Made by a program: the position numbers and the translations under genes. Under the pieces are notes generated by a model that was not told the DNA's origin, made no database searches, and was given only the letters and a program-made list of their open reading frames with translations. From the NCBI GenBank assembly GCA_021780615.1, contig JAJXYJ010000020.1, positions 1 through 55,033 of the forward strand: a stretch of DNA of 55,033 nt, in the 5' to 3' direction. The number at the start of each line of letters is the position of its first letter. Within the stretch, counting starts at the first letter, position 1. The DNA is from a bacterium. GTDB lineage: Bacteria > Patescibacteriota > Minisyncoccia > UBA6257 > JAGOQP01. Shown piece by piece: positions 1-10,134 of this stretch.

Positions 1-88
1 ACGAAAAGAGATATATACGCAAGTATATACCACATAATGGAGAAAATGAAAGCGTACAACGCACCCTCTTTATGTCTCTTCATGTCCC

Positions 89-124
89 CCATTACATTTT
101 CAGCGATCGCTGAAAATGTAATGG
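89..124. repeat. 36-bp perfect palindrome (CGATCG-centred family)
   Basis: CCATTACATTTTCAGCGA|TCGCTGAAAATGTAATGG is exactly self-complementary. Confidence 0.95.
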
Positions 125-178
125 TAAAAAAAACGAACGCACAATCTACAACACCATAACATCCCCCCTGAAAAGGAA

Positions 179-236
179 TACACCACATCCGCCCCCCCTT
201 TTTTTATATATAAGAGGGGGGGGCGGATGTGGTGTA
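179..236. repeat. long inverted repeat with 20-bp arms
   Basis: TACACCACATCCGCCCCCCC ... GGGGGGGCGGATGTGGTGTA around an AT-rich loop. Confidence 0.9.
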
Positions 237-241
237 AAGAT

Positions 242-273
242 AATCCGCTTTCACCAATGGGTGAAAGCGGATT
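242..273. repeat. 14-bp-stem hairpin
   Basis: AATCCGCTTTCACC-aatg-GGTGAAAGCGGATT. Confidence 0.9.
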
Positions 274-403
274 GAGTTACCAATTACTAGTTACCAGTTA
301 CTTATTCCCTAGTCATAAGTCATGAGAATTTTTTCTTTCCCTCCCCGCTTCTTCCTTTATAACTCCTTTGCATTTCCCCTTTCTGTGCCGTAGTATAAGC
401 ACC

Positions 404-2107
404 ATGCATGATGTGAATGCACTACTTTCCATATACGCGCACAACTTCCCCACGGACCAGGAGGGCGCGACACTCATCAAAAAAGCATACGCCTATGCGT
501 ATGACGCGCATGCGCACCAAAAACGCGCCAATGGAGAAAGTTACATGACGCATGTTTTTCAAACAGCGCTTTCTCTTGCCCGCTGGAAACTTGATGCCGC
601 TACCATTGCGGCGGGATTGCTTCACGACACCATAGAGGATTGCAACATTCCCATCGCAGAAATTACCAAAAATTTTGGCGAAGAAATTTCATTTCTTGTT
701 GAAGGTGTTACTAAACTCAGCACATTGCGCTACCAGGGCATCGAACGCAATGTCGAATCCCTCCGCAAAATGATTCTTGCGGTCACGCATGATTTGCGCG
801 TTATCTTCATTAAATTGGCCGACCGTATGCATAACATGAAGACACTCGCGTCTCTGCCGCCCGCAAAACAAAAACGCATCGCGGCCGAAACCGAAGAAGT
901 GTACGCTCCCCTTGCCTCACGGTTGGGCATGCAAAGTGTTGCTGGTATCTTAGAAGATTTTGCCTTTCCCTATACGCACCCCGAAGCGGCGGCATGGATT
1001 GAAAAAAATATCACCGAATCGTTTCATGAACGTAATCACTACTTAGGACGCGTTCAACCATTTGTTGAAGAACAACTTAAAAAAGTAAATGTTGCCCCCA
1101 TCAGCATTAACTATCGCGCCAAACGTGCCGCAAGTTTATATAAAAAATTACTTCGCTACGATATGGACATAGAACGAGTCTATGACCTCGTTGCCTGTCG
1201 TATTATCGTCAACACCATCGATGAGTGCTACTTGGCGCTGGGAGCCATTCACCAGCTCTGGCGCCCCATGCCAGGACGCATCAAAGACTACATCGCCCTC
1301 CCCAAACCAAACGGGTACCGAAGCCTGCATACAACAGTCTTTTGTTTGGAAAACCGCCCGACCGAATTCCAAATCAGAACCAATGATATGCATGAAGAGT
1401 CAGAATTGGGAAGCGCGGCTCATTGGTTTTACGAAACCAAAAAAGGATCAAAAGAATACCTGCGTAAACAAGCGGCCGAAGTAGATGGAAAAGATGTTTC
1501 TATCGTGCGGCAATTGCAAGAATGGCAAAACCAATTTCCTGGGTCACAGGAATTTATAGAAGCACTGCGTGTGGATCTTTTTTCTGATCGGATTTTTGTA
1601 CTCACGCCAACTGGAGAAGTGATCGATTTACCGGTTACCTCGACCCCCATAGATTTTGCCTACCGCATTCACAGTGAAGTCGGTAACTCATGCATTGGCG
1701 CAAAAGTAAATAATAAAATCGTCCCTTTAGATTACCAACTCCAATCGGGGGACATTGTTGAAATTCTCACACAGAAAAATAAAAAACCATCGGACGCATG
1801 GGTGCAGATGGCAAAAACAAAATACGCAATAAAAAAAATAAAATCATCCGTCAAAAGAAAGATAGCTCTTCCAAAAAAAACGGAATACCGCATTACCTGC
1901 ACCAAGCGTGTGGGTATGCTTAAAGACATTTCAACGGTCTTTTCACGCAATCACATTACCATCACCCACGTACATAGCTTTGATAATGAAAAATTTCCTC
2001 TCATAAAAATAACCGCCGACATTGATACGCGAGAAAAAGCAGAACAAATTTTACTCAAAATACAAAAAGTACAAGACGTCAAAGAAATCAGCTACACACT
2101 GATATAA
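404..2107 (+). CDS. rel: RelA/SpoT homolog, bifunctional (p)ppGpp synthetase/hydrolase (HD-SYNTH-TGS-ACT)
   Basis: LLHDTIED HD motif, IKLADRMHNM, GRIKDYIALPKPNGYRSLHT, EFQIRT, TGS motif DFAYRIHSEVG, C-terminal ACT-like domain; ATG 404 preferred over TTG 368. Confidence 0.95.
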   Translation: MHDVNALLSIYAHNFPTDQEGATLIKKAYAYAYDAHAHQKRANGESYMTHVFQTALSLARWKLDAATIAAGLLHDTIEDCNIPIAEITKNFGEEISFLVEGVTKLSTLRYQGIERNVESLRKMILAVTHDLRVIFIKLADRMHNMKTLASLPPAKQKRIAAETEEVYAPLASRLGMQSVAGILEDFAFPYTHPEAAAWIEKNITESFHERNHYLGRVQPFVEEQLKKVNVAPISINYRAKRAASLYKKLLRYDMDIERVYDLVACRIIVNTIDECYLALGAIHQLWRPMPGRIKDYIALPKPNGYRSLHTTVFCLENRPTEFQIRTNDMHEESELGSAAHWFYETKKGSKEYLRKQAAEVDGKDVSIVRQLQEWQNQFPGSQEFIEALRVDLFSDRIFVLTPTGEVIDLPVTSTPIDFAYRIHSEVGNSCIGAKVNNKIVPLDYQLQSGDIVEILTQKNKKPSDAWVQMAKTKYAIKKIKSSVKRKIALPKKTEYRITCTKRVGMLKDISTVFSRNHITITHVHSFDNEKFPLIKITADIDTREKAEQILLKIQKVQDVKEISYTLI

Positions 2108-2149
2108 AAAGAAAGAGGTTTTTAAAAACAATAATCCTTTCCGGAACCG

Positions 2150-3316
2150 TTACACATCTTCTTGACGGCGCGGATAAGGATGCATCTTTTGAGCAATGCC
2201 CAGCGCTTCCTCCGATGAATAGAAATGAATGATAATTTTTCCTCCATTCGCCGATACTTCTACCTGGACCGGCGCTCCCAACATTTCCGATAAATCCCGC
2301 TCTAACTGCTTGAATTCCAAAGCATCCGCCGATGGCCGAGTTACCGTTTCATGGACCGCAGGCATCACAGGCCGCTGAAGCTTCTTTTTTATATCCCGCA
2401 CGCTTAAATTGTTTTTGGTGATGTCATGAAACAACGCTTCTTGCCGTCCCTGATCCTGCACCTGCATCAAAATTCGTGCATGACTTTCATTAATAGTACC
2501 CGCCGAAAGAGCGTCTTGAATGGCACTGGGGAGTGACAAGAGGCGGAGCGTATTTGCCACCGATTCCCTGCTCTTCCCCAAGCGTCCCGCAATTTCTCGC
2601 TGAGTCAAACCAAATTCATCGGACAAGCGCGCATAGGCACGAGCCGTTTCAATAATATTCAAATCCCGTCGCTGGATATTTTCCACAATCGCCATTTCCA
2701 ATGCTTCTGTTTTTTTGAGTGCATTGCGCACCACCACCGGCACCGTCTTAAGTCCTGCCTTACGCGATGCCAAGAGTCGCCGATGTCCCGCAATAAGTTG
2801 ATACGAGACCTTCGTGCCAAAATCAGTTTCCTCTTCCATTTTTGAAACAACTAATGGCTGAAGAATACCAAATTCCCGAATAGAAACCGCCAACTCATTA
2901 AGCGCCTCCTCATTAAATTCAGTGCGTGGCTGATAGGGGTTGATGGTAATTTTATCAAGTTCAATATGAAAAATAGGTCCTGACAACACGGGAATCTCAC
3001 GACTCTCTTGACGAGGAATCGATGGAGGCACTACCGCATCATGAGCAAAAGACTTTTGAGGTGCAACAAATGGATCCGAATTAGAAACGGTATACGGAGC
3101 AGAAAAAGAATCACGATCATCACGATCACGATGCGGTGCGGCAACATCGGGTAGAGGAATAGTAAAGGAACCCAGCACACCCAAACTTTCCCGTTCTTCA
3201 CGAATAAAAGAAGTGGCGTCTATGACATCGTCAAGAACATATTCATCCGACACCGCAGGTGGTGGTGATGATTGATTCTTTTTGGGAATAAGAGATTCAA
3301 GTCCGTGCGCATCCAT
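2150..3316 (-). CDS. parB: ParB/Spo0J chromosome partition protein with long N-terminal linker
   Basis: GLESLIP N-terminal peptide, NPYQPR, GILQPLVV, IAGHRR, VENIQRRDL, HTH GKSRESVANTLRLL; downstream of parA. Confidence 0.93.
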   Translation of the reverse strand: MDAHGLESLIPKKNQSSPPPAVSDEYVLDDVIDATSFIREERESLGVLGSFTIPLPDVAAPHRDRDDRDSFSAPYTVSNSDPFVAPQKSFAHDAVVPPSIPRQESREIPVLSGPIFHIELDKITINPYQPRTEFNEEALNELAVSIREFGILQPLVVSKMEEETDFGTKVSYQLIAGHRRLLASRKAGLKTVPVVVRNALKKTEALEMAIVENIQRRDLNIIETARAYARLSDEFGLTQREIAGRLGKSRESVANTLRLLSLPSAIQDALSAGTINESHARILMQVQDQGRQEALFHDITKNNLSVRDIKKKLQRPVMPAVHETVTRPSADALEFKQLERDLSEMLGAPVQVEVSANGGKIIIHFYSSEEALGIAQKMHPYPRRQEDV

Positions 3317-3370
3317 AGTAATACAAGGTAACAACGTCTGTAGTATACAGAAAAATCAAGATAAAAAAAA

Positions 3371-4174
3371 CTAGGGGGTCTGCACACCCAATCCTCCATA
3401 TTGAGGAATAGGCCGTTCTTGGGCGATAATCTCGCGAGCAAGCTGCTCATAGGCACGTGCACCCAATGAACGCGGATCGTATTGGATAATCGGCTTGGCA
3501 AAACTAGGTGCTTCAGCAAGGGTAATGGAACGGGGAATAGTTACGTCAAAAACGTGGTGTGGAAAATGCCGTCGAACTTCTTTTTCCACTTCTCGTGAAA
3601 GCGTTTCACGGCGATTATACATAGTCAACAATGCTCCCGCCACATGAATACGCACTCCCAAGTTGGCATTAATAAGCTCAATCGTCTGAAGCAACTGCCC
3701 CAGTCCCTCAAGACTATAATATTCACTTTGAATGGGAATGAGTACTTCGTCGGCGGCCACAAGCCCATTAACAGTCAATAAACTCAGACTGGGAGGAAGA
3801 TCAATAATGATATACTGATACTGATGCCTGATACGATTAATAAAATGACGTAACACAAATTCACGATCAGGCATATCCATAAGCTCCACCAACGCCCCTG
3901 CCAAATCAGGATTTGCCGGAAGCAGATACAGATGCGGCAGTGCTACCGGACGAATAATAGAGCTATATGCAACACCACCAAAAAGTACATGATAAATACT
4001 TGCCGATAACGTCCGCGGATGGACACCAAAGCCCGACGACGCATTTCCCTGTGGGTCAAAATCAATAACAAGCACCCGCTTCCCCTCAGCAGCTAAGTAT
4101 GCGGCAAGATTGATTGACGTGGTTGTTTTTCCCACTCCTCCTTTTTGATTGGTAACAGCAATAACGCGAGCCAT
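3371..4174 (-). CDS. parA: ParA/Soj ATPase
   Basis: NQKGGVGKTT deviant Walker A, DFDPQGNAS, IDLPPSL, LAEAPSF. Confidence 0.96.
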   Translation of the reverse strand: MARVIAVTNQKGGVGKTTTSINLAAYLAAEGKRVLVIDFDPQGNASSGFGVHPRTLSASIYHVLFGGVAYSSIIRPVALPHLYLLPANPDLAGALVELMDMPDREFVLRHFINRIRHQYQYIIIDLPPSLSLLTVNGLVAADEVLIPIQSEYYSLEGLGQLLQTIELINANLGVRIHVAGALLTMYNRRETLSREVEKEVRRHFPHHVFDVTIPRSITLAEAPSFAKPIIQYDPRSLGARAYEQLAREIIAQERPIPQYGGLGVQTP

Positions 4175-4286
4175 ACAAATAAGTTATAAAGTTATAAAGT
4201 TATAAAGTGAATGCATACCCCAAAACATAAATTATTTTTTCATTCTCATGTGACCACTTTCAACTTTAAACGTGCAGTACATTGCA

Positions 4287-4315
4287 TTGATTTTACCTTA
4301 AAATATTGATACTAT
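4287..4315 (+). promoter_or_regulatory. putative sigma70 promoter for the tRNA-Leu transcript
   Basis: TTGATT-17 nt-TACTAT with TG extension. Confidence 0.5.
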
Positions 4316-4345
4316 CAATGCGGTTTTTCGCAGTAAGAAATATTT

Positions 4346-4391
4346 GCCGAGGTGGCGGTCCGCCAGTCGGCGGATGGTAGACGCACAGGAC
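4346..4391 (+). pseudogene. duplicated 5' half of tRNA-Leu with a hairpin inserted in the D-loop
   Basis: GCCGAGGTGGCGG + TCCGCCagtcGGCGGA + TGGTAGACGCACAGGAC; flanks identical to the tRNA at 4438. Confidence 0.85.
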
Positions 4392-4437
4392 ATCGACAAA
4401 TAATATAATGAGGCATGTAATTAATATGTCATCATAA

Positions 4438-4521
4438 GCCGAGGTGGCGGAACTGGTAGACGCACAGGACTCAAAATCCTGCGATCGCAAGGTCATGAGG
4501 GTTCAAGTCCCTCCCTCGGCA
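4438..4521 (+). tRNA. tRNA-Leu(CAA)
   Basis: Acceptor GCCGAGG/CCTCGGC-A, anticodon arm CAGGA-CTCAAAA-TCCTG, long variable arm, T-loop GGTTCAAGTCC; CCA not encoded. Confidence 0.97.
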
Positions 4522-4556
4522 CTACTTCGCTTAATCTTCAAAATATATAATACGCC

Positions 4557-4591
4557 CATCATAAAATCCCCTTGTCGGGGATTTTATGATG
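4557..4591. terminator. probable bidirectional terminator between tRNA-Leu and the PAP2 gene
   Basis: CATCATAAAATCCCC-ttgtc-GGGGATTTTATGATG between convergent genes. Confidence 0.75.
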
Positions 4592-5144
4592 AAACGACTT
4601 CTGCTTGTTCGCGTTGTTCCTGCGAATTCTTGTATGGCAGTAACTTGAAGTATACGATGGCTATCACACCCACAATCACCATGCCGCCGAGAATATCACC
4701 TGCCCAATGAGCGCCGACAATAACACGAGAAAAACCAGAAATTACCGTTGCAAGCGCAAACCACTTTCCCCACTTCGGATACATCTGCCACACCACCACA
4801 GTCAGTGCAGACATGAACATAGTATGCCCAGAAGGAAATGACGATCCCAATGGACGACTAATAAGTAAATGCAATGAAGGAATTGCTTGAAATGGTCGCG
4901 TACGCTCAAATATCCAATTAAAAAGAGTGTGCATAAACCCCCAACCAATCGCCTCCATAAGAATTATCCGCCAAAAAAACATCCATCGACGTACGCGATC
5001 TTTTTCTTTAAAAAGAAGAACAAAAGCCCCAATGACCAACAGGTCAACGATGTATTGCGCACAAAAAATCCAGAGCCACGAGAGAGCACTGATTGATCCC
5101 AAAGAAAAAAACACTTGTGATAGAACAACATCAATTGACGACAT
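4584..5144 (-). CDS. PAP2-family membrane phosphatase (BcrC-like undecaprenyl-PP phosphatase)
   Basis: RTRP, SFPSGH and SRVIVGAHWAGD motifs; hydrophobic. Confidence 0.88.
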   Translation of the reverse strand: MSSIDVVLSQVFFSLGSISALSWLWIFCAQYIVDLLVIGAFVLLFKEKDRVRRWMFFWRIILMEAIGWGFMHTLFNWIFERTRPFQAIPSLHLLISRPLGSSFPSGHTMFMSALTVVVWQMYPKWGKWFALATVISGFSRVIVGAHWAGDILGGMVIVGVIAIVYFKLLPYKNSQEQREQAEVVSS

Positions 5145-5186
5145 GGAAGTAGTAATAAACCACAAAAAATAACCTCATCCCTGAGA

Positions 5187-5387
5187 TTATTTCTTCACAA
5201 ACGACATGAGCCCCAAAAAGCGTGACCGCTTAATAGCCTGCGCGAGTTTGCGCTGATGCTTTGCACACGTGGCAGTATGTTGTGGGTCTATGATTTTACC
5301 CTGCCCCGACACAAAGCGCCGCAAAAGTCCGGTATCTTTGTAATCAATATCTTTTAAATTCTGCGAGCAGAAAAAACACTGTTTCAT
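5187..5387 (-). CDS. rpsR: 30S ribosomal protein S18 (Zn-binding type)
   Basis: CFFC..IDYKD..LLRRFVS..GKI..CAKHQRKLAQAIKRSR; rpsF-ssb-rpsR order. Confidence 0.96.
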   Translation of the reverse strand: MKQCFFCSQNLKDIDYKDTGLLRRFVSGQGKIIDPQHTATCAKHQRKLAQAIKRSRFLGLMSFVKK

Positions 5388-5421
5388 AAAATTCATCGTT
5401 AGTACGTAATTGTTATATATA

Positions 5422-5913
5422 TTAAAACGGAAGGTCTTCTGGTTTTATCTCATTATCATCAAGTGATATATCCGGAACATCTCCTTCGAGAGAATCGCTA
5501 AACCCTTCTAATGACTCGGCTGATGCGGCAGGAGCGCTCTTTGCTGCGGTAGGACGGGACGATGAAGAGGCAGTAGGCGCGCCACCGCTTCGTGGGCCCA
5601 ACTGAATGCGCTCACAAACAATCTCGGTTGTCCGATGATTCTGCTGATTTGCATCTTTCCACGTCCGTGTCTGTAAACGTCCTTCAATGAGTGCGAGCGA
5701 ACCTTTGGCAAGAAACTGACTAGCAATCTCCGCCTGACGTCCCCATACCACCACATTGTGAAATTCGGTATCCTCCTGTCGCGCACCCGCTTTATCAGTC
5801 CACACCCGATTAGTGGCTACTGAAAAATTAGTTACCGCCTGATTATTGGCAGTCGCCTTGAGCACAATGTCAGAGGTGACGCGACCAATGATAAAAACTT
5901 TGTTGAGATTCAT
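5422..5913 (-). CDS. ssb: single-stranded DNA-binding protein
   Basis: MNLNKVFIIGR, EGRLQTRTW, acidic tail ending EDLPF. Confidence 0.97.
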   Translation of the reverse strand: MNLNKVFIIGRVTSDIVLKATANNQAVTNFSVATNRVWTDKAGARQEDTEFHNVVVWGRQAEIASQFLAKGSLALIEGRLQTRTWKDANQQNHRTTEIVCERIQLGPRSGGAPTASSSSRPTAAKSAPAASAESLEGFSDSLEGDVPDISLDDNEIKPEDLPF

Positions 5914-5959
5914 ATAAGTAAGTATATACTCCGTGTTTGAAAAAAAGCAACGAGTGATA

Positions 5960-6379
5960 TTACATCAAAATTTCTTCAAGTTTTTTTTCAAGATCCTCAT
6001 TGGTCACCGTGTCTGCCGCTGGCTGTTCTTCTCCTTGTTTTTTCTCGCTCACTCGTCGGGTGGTGTAATCGGTCAACGGACGCGTGTCGCGTGCCGGAGG
6101 ATTAGCGATAATAATAAATCGCAATATGCCACCCTCCAACTGCAGTTCATGATTCAATTCATGAATAACATCAGGCATACCCGAAAAAAGGAGGAATCCA
6201 AAGAACGCTCCTGTTTCTTTTTTAATCGGATACGCAAGCGTCATGCGACGAATATCGCTCTGAAACGATATGTTGCAAGACAGTTTATTAAGCAACGCTA
6301 AAATCGCGGTAATTCCCTGCTCGTCTTTGAGCAAGAAACCTAATTCATATTCTTTTGTATCAAGTATGTCGTGTGTCAT
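5960..6379 (-). CDS. rpsF: 30S ribosomal protein S6
   Basis: YELGFLL, RRMTLAYPIKK, ILRFII; first gene of rpsF-ssb-rpsR. Confidence 0.9.
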   Translation of the reverse strand: MTHDILDTKEYELGFLLKDEQGITAILALLNKLSCNISFQSDIRRMTLAYPIKKETGAFFGFLLFSGMPDVIHELNHELQLEGGILRFIIIANPPARDTRPLTDYTTRRVSEKKQGEEQPAADTVTNEDLEKKLEEILM

Positions 6380-6407
6380 AAGCTATACAGAACGGATTAC
6401 TAAGAAA

Positions 6408-6433
6408 TAGTGCCTCCGTCCATAACGGCACTA
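6408..6433 (-). promoter_or_regulatory. hairpin upstream of rpsF (possible S6:S18 autoregulatory leader, or rpoC terminator)
   Basis: TAGTGCC...GGCACTA stem between the rpoC stop and the rpsF start. Confidence 0.35.
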
Positions 6434-6457
6434 CCCTATCATACAATAATAGAAAAC

Positions 6458-9400
6458 TCAAGCTTTTACCTCCGGCGGCACCTCACCCCTCTCTACCACA
6501 GTACGCGCCTCAGCGGCAAGTGCACGGTCAGTAATACGTTTACGCGCGCGAGCTTCAATGCCGGTGCCCGCAGGAATAAATCTGCCAATAATGACGTTTT
6601 CTTTAAGGCCATGAAGATGATCAATACGACACTCGGATGCGGCAGTCACCAAGACGCGTGCCGTTTCTTGGAACGACGCCGCCGAAAGGAAGCTGTCGGT
6701 CGTCAATGAAACTCTGCTGATACCCAACAATAACTGCTTTGCCTTTGCAGGATTTTTTCCTTTTGCTTTAAGGCCACGGTTCACTTCCAAGAAACGTGAT
6801 TTTTCAACCACCTGCCCGATGACAAACGGCGAATCACCCGTTTCCTTGATCATCACGCGAGCAAACATCTGCTTCACGATGATTTCAATATGTTTGTCGC
6901 TAATAAGACTACCATTGGAGAAATAAATTTTTTGCACTTCGTTGACGATATATTTTTCCACCGCCTCTTTATCTCGAAGCTGGAACAATTCTTTTAAATC
7001 AAGACTTCCTTCATACAATTGATCGCCCCGTTTAACGCTATCGCCAATTTGCACAAAGAGAGTGGTAATTCTGGTTGTCGGATATTCAATAATTTTTTGT
7101 TTGGCTTTTCCTTTTCCTGATATGCTCAACTTAATAATACGCTGTGATCCGCGATCCTCGATGTCCTCAATAACACCATCTTCTTTAGCAAGCGCGGCAC
7201 GTCCTTTCGGCGGACGAGCCTCAAAGAGTTCCTGAATACGCGGCAATCCTGAGGTAATATCTTTTTCGGCAACACCACCAACATGGAACGTGCGCAACGT
7301 AAGCTGTGTTCCCGGCTCTCCGATGGATTGCGCGGCAATAATACCCACAGCCTCTCCCTTATCAATGGAATGCAATCGCCCCAAATCCAATCCATAACAT
7401 TTTGAACAAATGCCATAGAGCGACTTACAGGTGATCGGTGAACGGACTACGACGTCGGATACACCCGATGCGTGAATAGCATCGGCAATAGGTCGATCAA
7501 TAATAACTCCCGCATGAGCAATGATTTTATTGCCCACCTTCACATCATGAGCCAAGGTGCGGCCATACAGTCTGGTTGCGAGTGTAAAGCCATACTCATC
7601 ACCATCGGCACGATGAATAGTTACTCCATCACTCGTCTTACAATCATCTCGATTAATAGTAATGTCCTGACAGACATCAACCATTTTACGGGTGAGGTAT
7701 CCTGCTTCTGCAGTCTTAAGCGCAGTATCAGTTAATCCTTTGCGCGCACCGTGCGTGTTAATGAAAAATTCCAACACCGAAAGTCCTTCTTTGTAGGAAG
7801 AAATAACGGGCAATTCGATAGTTTCTCCTTGTGGGTTTGTCACCAATCCCTTCATACCAATCATCTGCAGTGCCTGTCCCCACGATCCACGCGCACCCGA
7901 ATCAATAATATCAAAAATAGCATTTTCAGCATCGCGAGTCAGTGCGGCAGGAGCGACTTCAGCGATACGATCCTTTGCCTTATTCCACACCTGAATACTG
8001 CGCGCTTTCTTTTCTTCAATGTCAAAGAGACCATTCTCGTATTGATCAGTGATAGTTTTAATTTCACCGCGTGCTTCGGCAATAATATTTCCCTTCTCGT
8101 AAGGCACTTTCAAATCAAACGAACTCCATGTCATACCAGAAAGCGCCGCGTAACGGAAGCCAAGCTCTTTAATAGCATCCAAGAATATCCACGTTGAATC
8201 CAATCCGAATTGATCAATGTAGCGAGCAATGAGCTTCTGAAGATTTTTCTTATTCATGAGACTGTTCACATAGCCAAATTCAGGAGGAACAATTTGATTG
8301 AAAATAAGTCGTCCACAGCTCGTCGGCTCATCGGTTACCGAACTCATGAGTATCTGTTCATTAATACGCAAGTGACCAAATTCCATCGCCAAAAATGCTT
8401 CTTGCTGAGTAGCAAAACGCTTCAATGTTTTAGGATCTTCCACTGTACCTACCAATTTAGTCAGGTAGTAGCACCCCAACACAATATCTTGTGACGGTGT
8501 TGCGATTGGATCACCATTTGCCGGACGGATAATATTTTTTGAAGAAATCATCCGATCCCATGCCTCAGCCTGTGCCTCATCAGAAAGTGGCAAATGCACA
8601 GCCATCTGGTCACCGTCAAAGTCAGCATTAAACGCGGAGCAAACCATCGGCGGAATACGAATAGCTAAATCCTCAATGAGTACCGGTTTAAATGCCTGAA
8701 TACCGAGTCGGTGCAACGTTGGCGCGCGGTTGAGTAATACCGCTTTGTTTTGAATGACTTCCTCAAGAATTTCCCATACTTCAGGAACTCCCTGTTCAAT
8801 GAGGCGGTTGGCATTCTTAATGTTGTGCGCCATGCCTCGCTCCAATATTTGATGGATAATAAATGGCTTAAAAAGTTCCAACGCCATCTTTTTAGGAAGA
8901 CCACATTCGTTTAAACGCAAATCAGGTCCCACCACAATAACTGAGCGGCCGGAGTAGTCAACGCGCTTTCCCAATAAATTCTGACGGAACCGTCCTTGTT
9001 TTCCTTTGAGAATATCAGCCAAAGATTTGAGTGGACGATTCTGGGAAGACATTTGCTGTCGTCCAAAGCGTGTAGTGTTATCAATGAGCGCATCCACAGC
9101 CTCTTGGAGCATGCGCTTTTCATTGGTAATGATAATCTCAGGAGCCTTCAGTTCCATGAGTTTCTGAAGACGGTTATTGCGATTGATAACGCGGCGATAC
9201 AAGTCGTTCAAATCGGAGCTGGCGAAGCGATTGCCATCCAACGCCACCATCGGGCGCAAGTCAGGAGGCAATACCGGCAAGACCGTCATAATCATCCATT
9301 CAGGACGAATATTATTTTTATGAAATGAAATAAGAATACGCAGACGACTGGAAAGTTTCTTTTCCAATGTTGTGTCTTTCTTTTTTGAAATAGCATCAAG

Positions 9401-10105
9401 CTCTTTTTCCGTCTCGATGATTTCTTTTTTGATATTTATTTTTTCCAAAATTTTGCGCAAGGCGCCAGCACCTGTTCCTGCTTCAAATACATCGCCGAAT
9501 TTGCGCGAAAAATCAAAGTATTCAAGCTCATTTAAAATAGAGCCGACTTTCACATTACCCAAGAAATCTTTTGATTTGGTAAACGATGTTTCAATAACTT
9601 CGTGTTGTGCATCATCGCCTCCTGTTGCCTGTTTTTTTTCTTTAAATTCAGTTTTAAGACTCTCTAAGGCCTCCTTACGTTTTTCGTCATTGACGCTGGT
9701 GACAATGTAAGCGGCATAGTACACCACCTTTTCCAACTTGCTGATGGATGTGTCAAAAAAGACTCCCACGCGGGAATTGCCGGTTTTCAAAAACCAGATA
9801 TGCGTCACAGGAGCTGCGAGTTTAATATGCCCCATGCGTTCGCGACGGACAATAGCGCGCGTCACCTCAACGCCGCACTTATCACACACCGTCCCCTTGT
9901 AACGAAGTCCCTTAAATTTGCCACAATAACATTTATAATCTTTTGTCGGTCCAAAGATGCGCTCGGAAAATAAACCGTCTTTTTCAGGTCGCTGTGTACG
10001 ATAGTTAATCGTCTCAGGTTTAGTCACCTCGCCATATGAATTTGCGATCACTTCCTCGGGAGAAGGGATTTTAATTCTTAAGAAATCAAATTCTGTAGTA
10101 GCCAT
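6458..10105 (-). CDS. rpoC: RNA polymerase beta' subunit
   Basis: NADFDGDQM catalytic motif, Zn ribbon CYCGK...[24 protein letters not shown]. Confidence 0.99.
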   Translation of the reverse strand: MATTEFDFLRIKIPSPEEVIANSYGEVTKPETINYRTQRPEKDGLFSERIFGPTKDYKCYCGKFKGLRYKGTVCDKCGVEVTRAIVRRERMGHIKLAAPVTHIWFLKTGNSRVGVFFDTSISKLEKVVYYAAYIVTSVNDEKRKEALESLKTEFKEKKQATGGDDAQHEVIETSFTKSKDFLGNVKVGSILNELEYFDFSRKFGDVFEAGTGAGALRKILEKINIKKEIIETEKELDAISKKKDTTLEKKLSSRLRILISFHKNNIRPEWMIMTVLPVLPPDLRPMVALDGNRFASSDLNDLYRRVINRNNRLQKLMELKAPEIIITNEKRMLQEAVDALIDNTTRFGRQQMSSQNRPLKSLADILKGKQGRFRQNLLGKRVDYSGRSVIVVGPDLRLNECGLPKKMALELFKPFIIHQILERGMAHNIKNANRLIEQGVPEVWEILEEVIQNKAVLLNRAPTLHRLGIQAFKPVLIEDLAIRIPPMVCSAFNADFDGDQMAVHLPLSDEAQAEAWDRMISSKNIIRPANGDPIATPSQDIVLGCYYLTKLVGTVEDPKTLKRFATQQEAFLAMEFGHLRINEQILMSSVTDEPTSCGRLIFNQIVPPEFGYVNSLMNKKNLQKLIARYIDQFGLDSTWIFLDAIKELGFRYAALSGMTWSSFDLKVPYEKGNIIAEARGEIKTITDQYENGLFDIEEKKARSIQVWNKAKDRIAEVAPAALTRDAENAIFDIIDSGARGSWGQALQMIGMKGLVTNPQGETIELPVISSYKEGLSVLEFFINTHGARKGLTDTALKTAEAGYLTRKMVDVCQDITINRDDCKTSDGVTIHRADGDEYGFTLATRLYGRTLAHDVKVGNKIIAHAGVIIDRPIADAIHASGVSDVVVRSPITCKSLYGICSKCYGLDLGRLHSIDKGEAVGIIAAQSIGEPGTQLTLRTFHVGGVAEKDITSGLPRIQELFEARPPKGRAALAKEDGVIEDIEDRGSQRIIKLSISGKGKAKQKIIEYPTTRITTLFVQIGDSVKRGDQLYEGSLDLKELFQLRDKEAVEKYIVNEVQKIYFSNGSLISDKHIEIIVKQMFARVMIKETGDSPFVIGQVVEKSRFLEVNRGLKAKGKNPAKAKQLLLGISRVSLTTDSFLSAASFQETARVLVTAASECRIDHLHGLKENVIIGRFIPAGTGIEARARKRITDRALAAEARTVVERGEVPPEVKA

Positions 10106-10134
10106 AGTAGTAGTTGTACCCGTGGGTATAATGC

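Noticed and set aside
3594-3610. CGTGAAA-gcg-TTTCACG inverted repeat inside parA
   Set aside because: Short, within coding sequence, and arms are not in the parS arrangement; probably chance.
4293-4710. ORFs 4293-4496 and 4444-4710
   Set aside because: They overlap the tRNA-Leu gene and PAP2; shadow frames.
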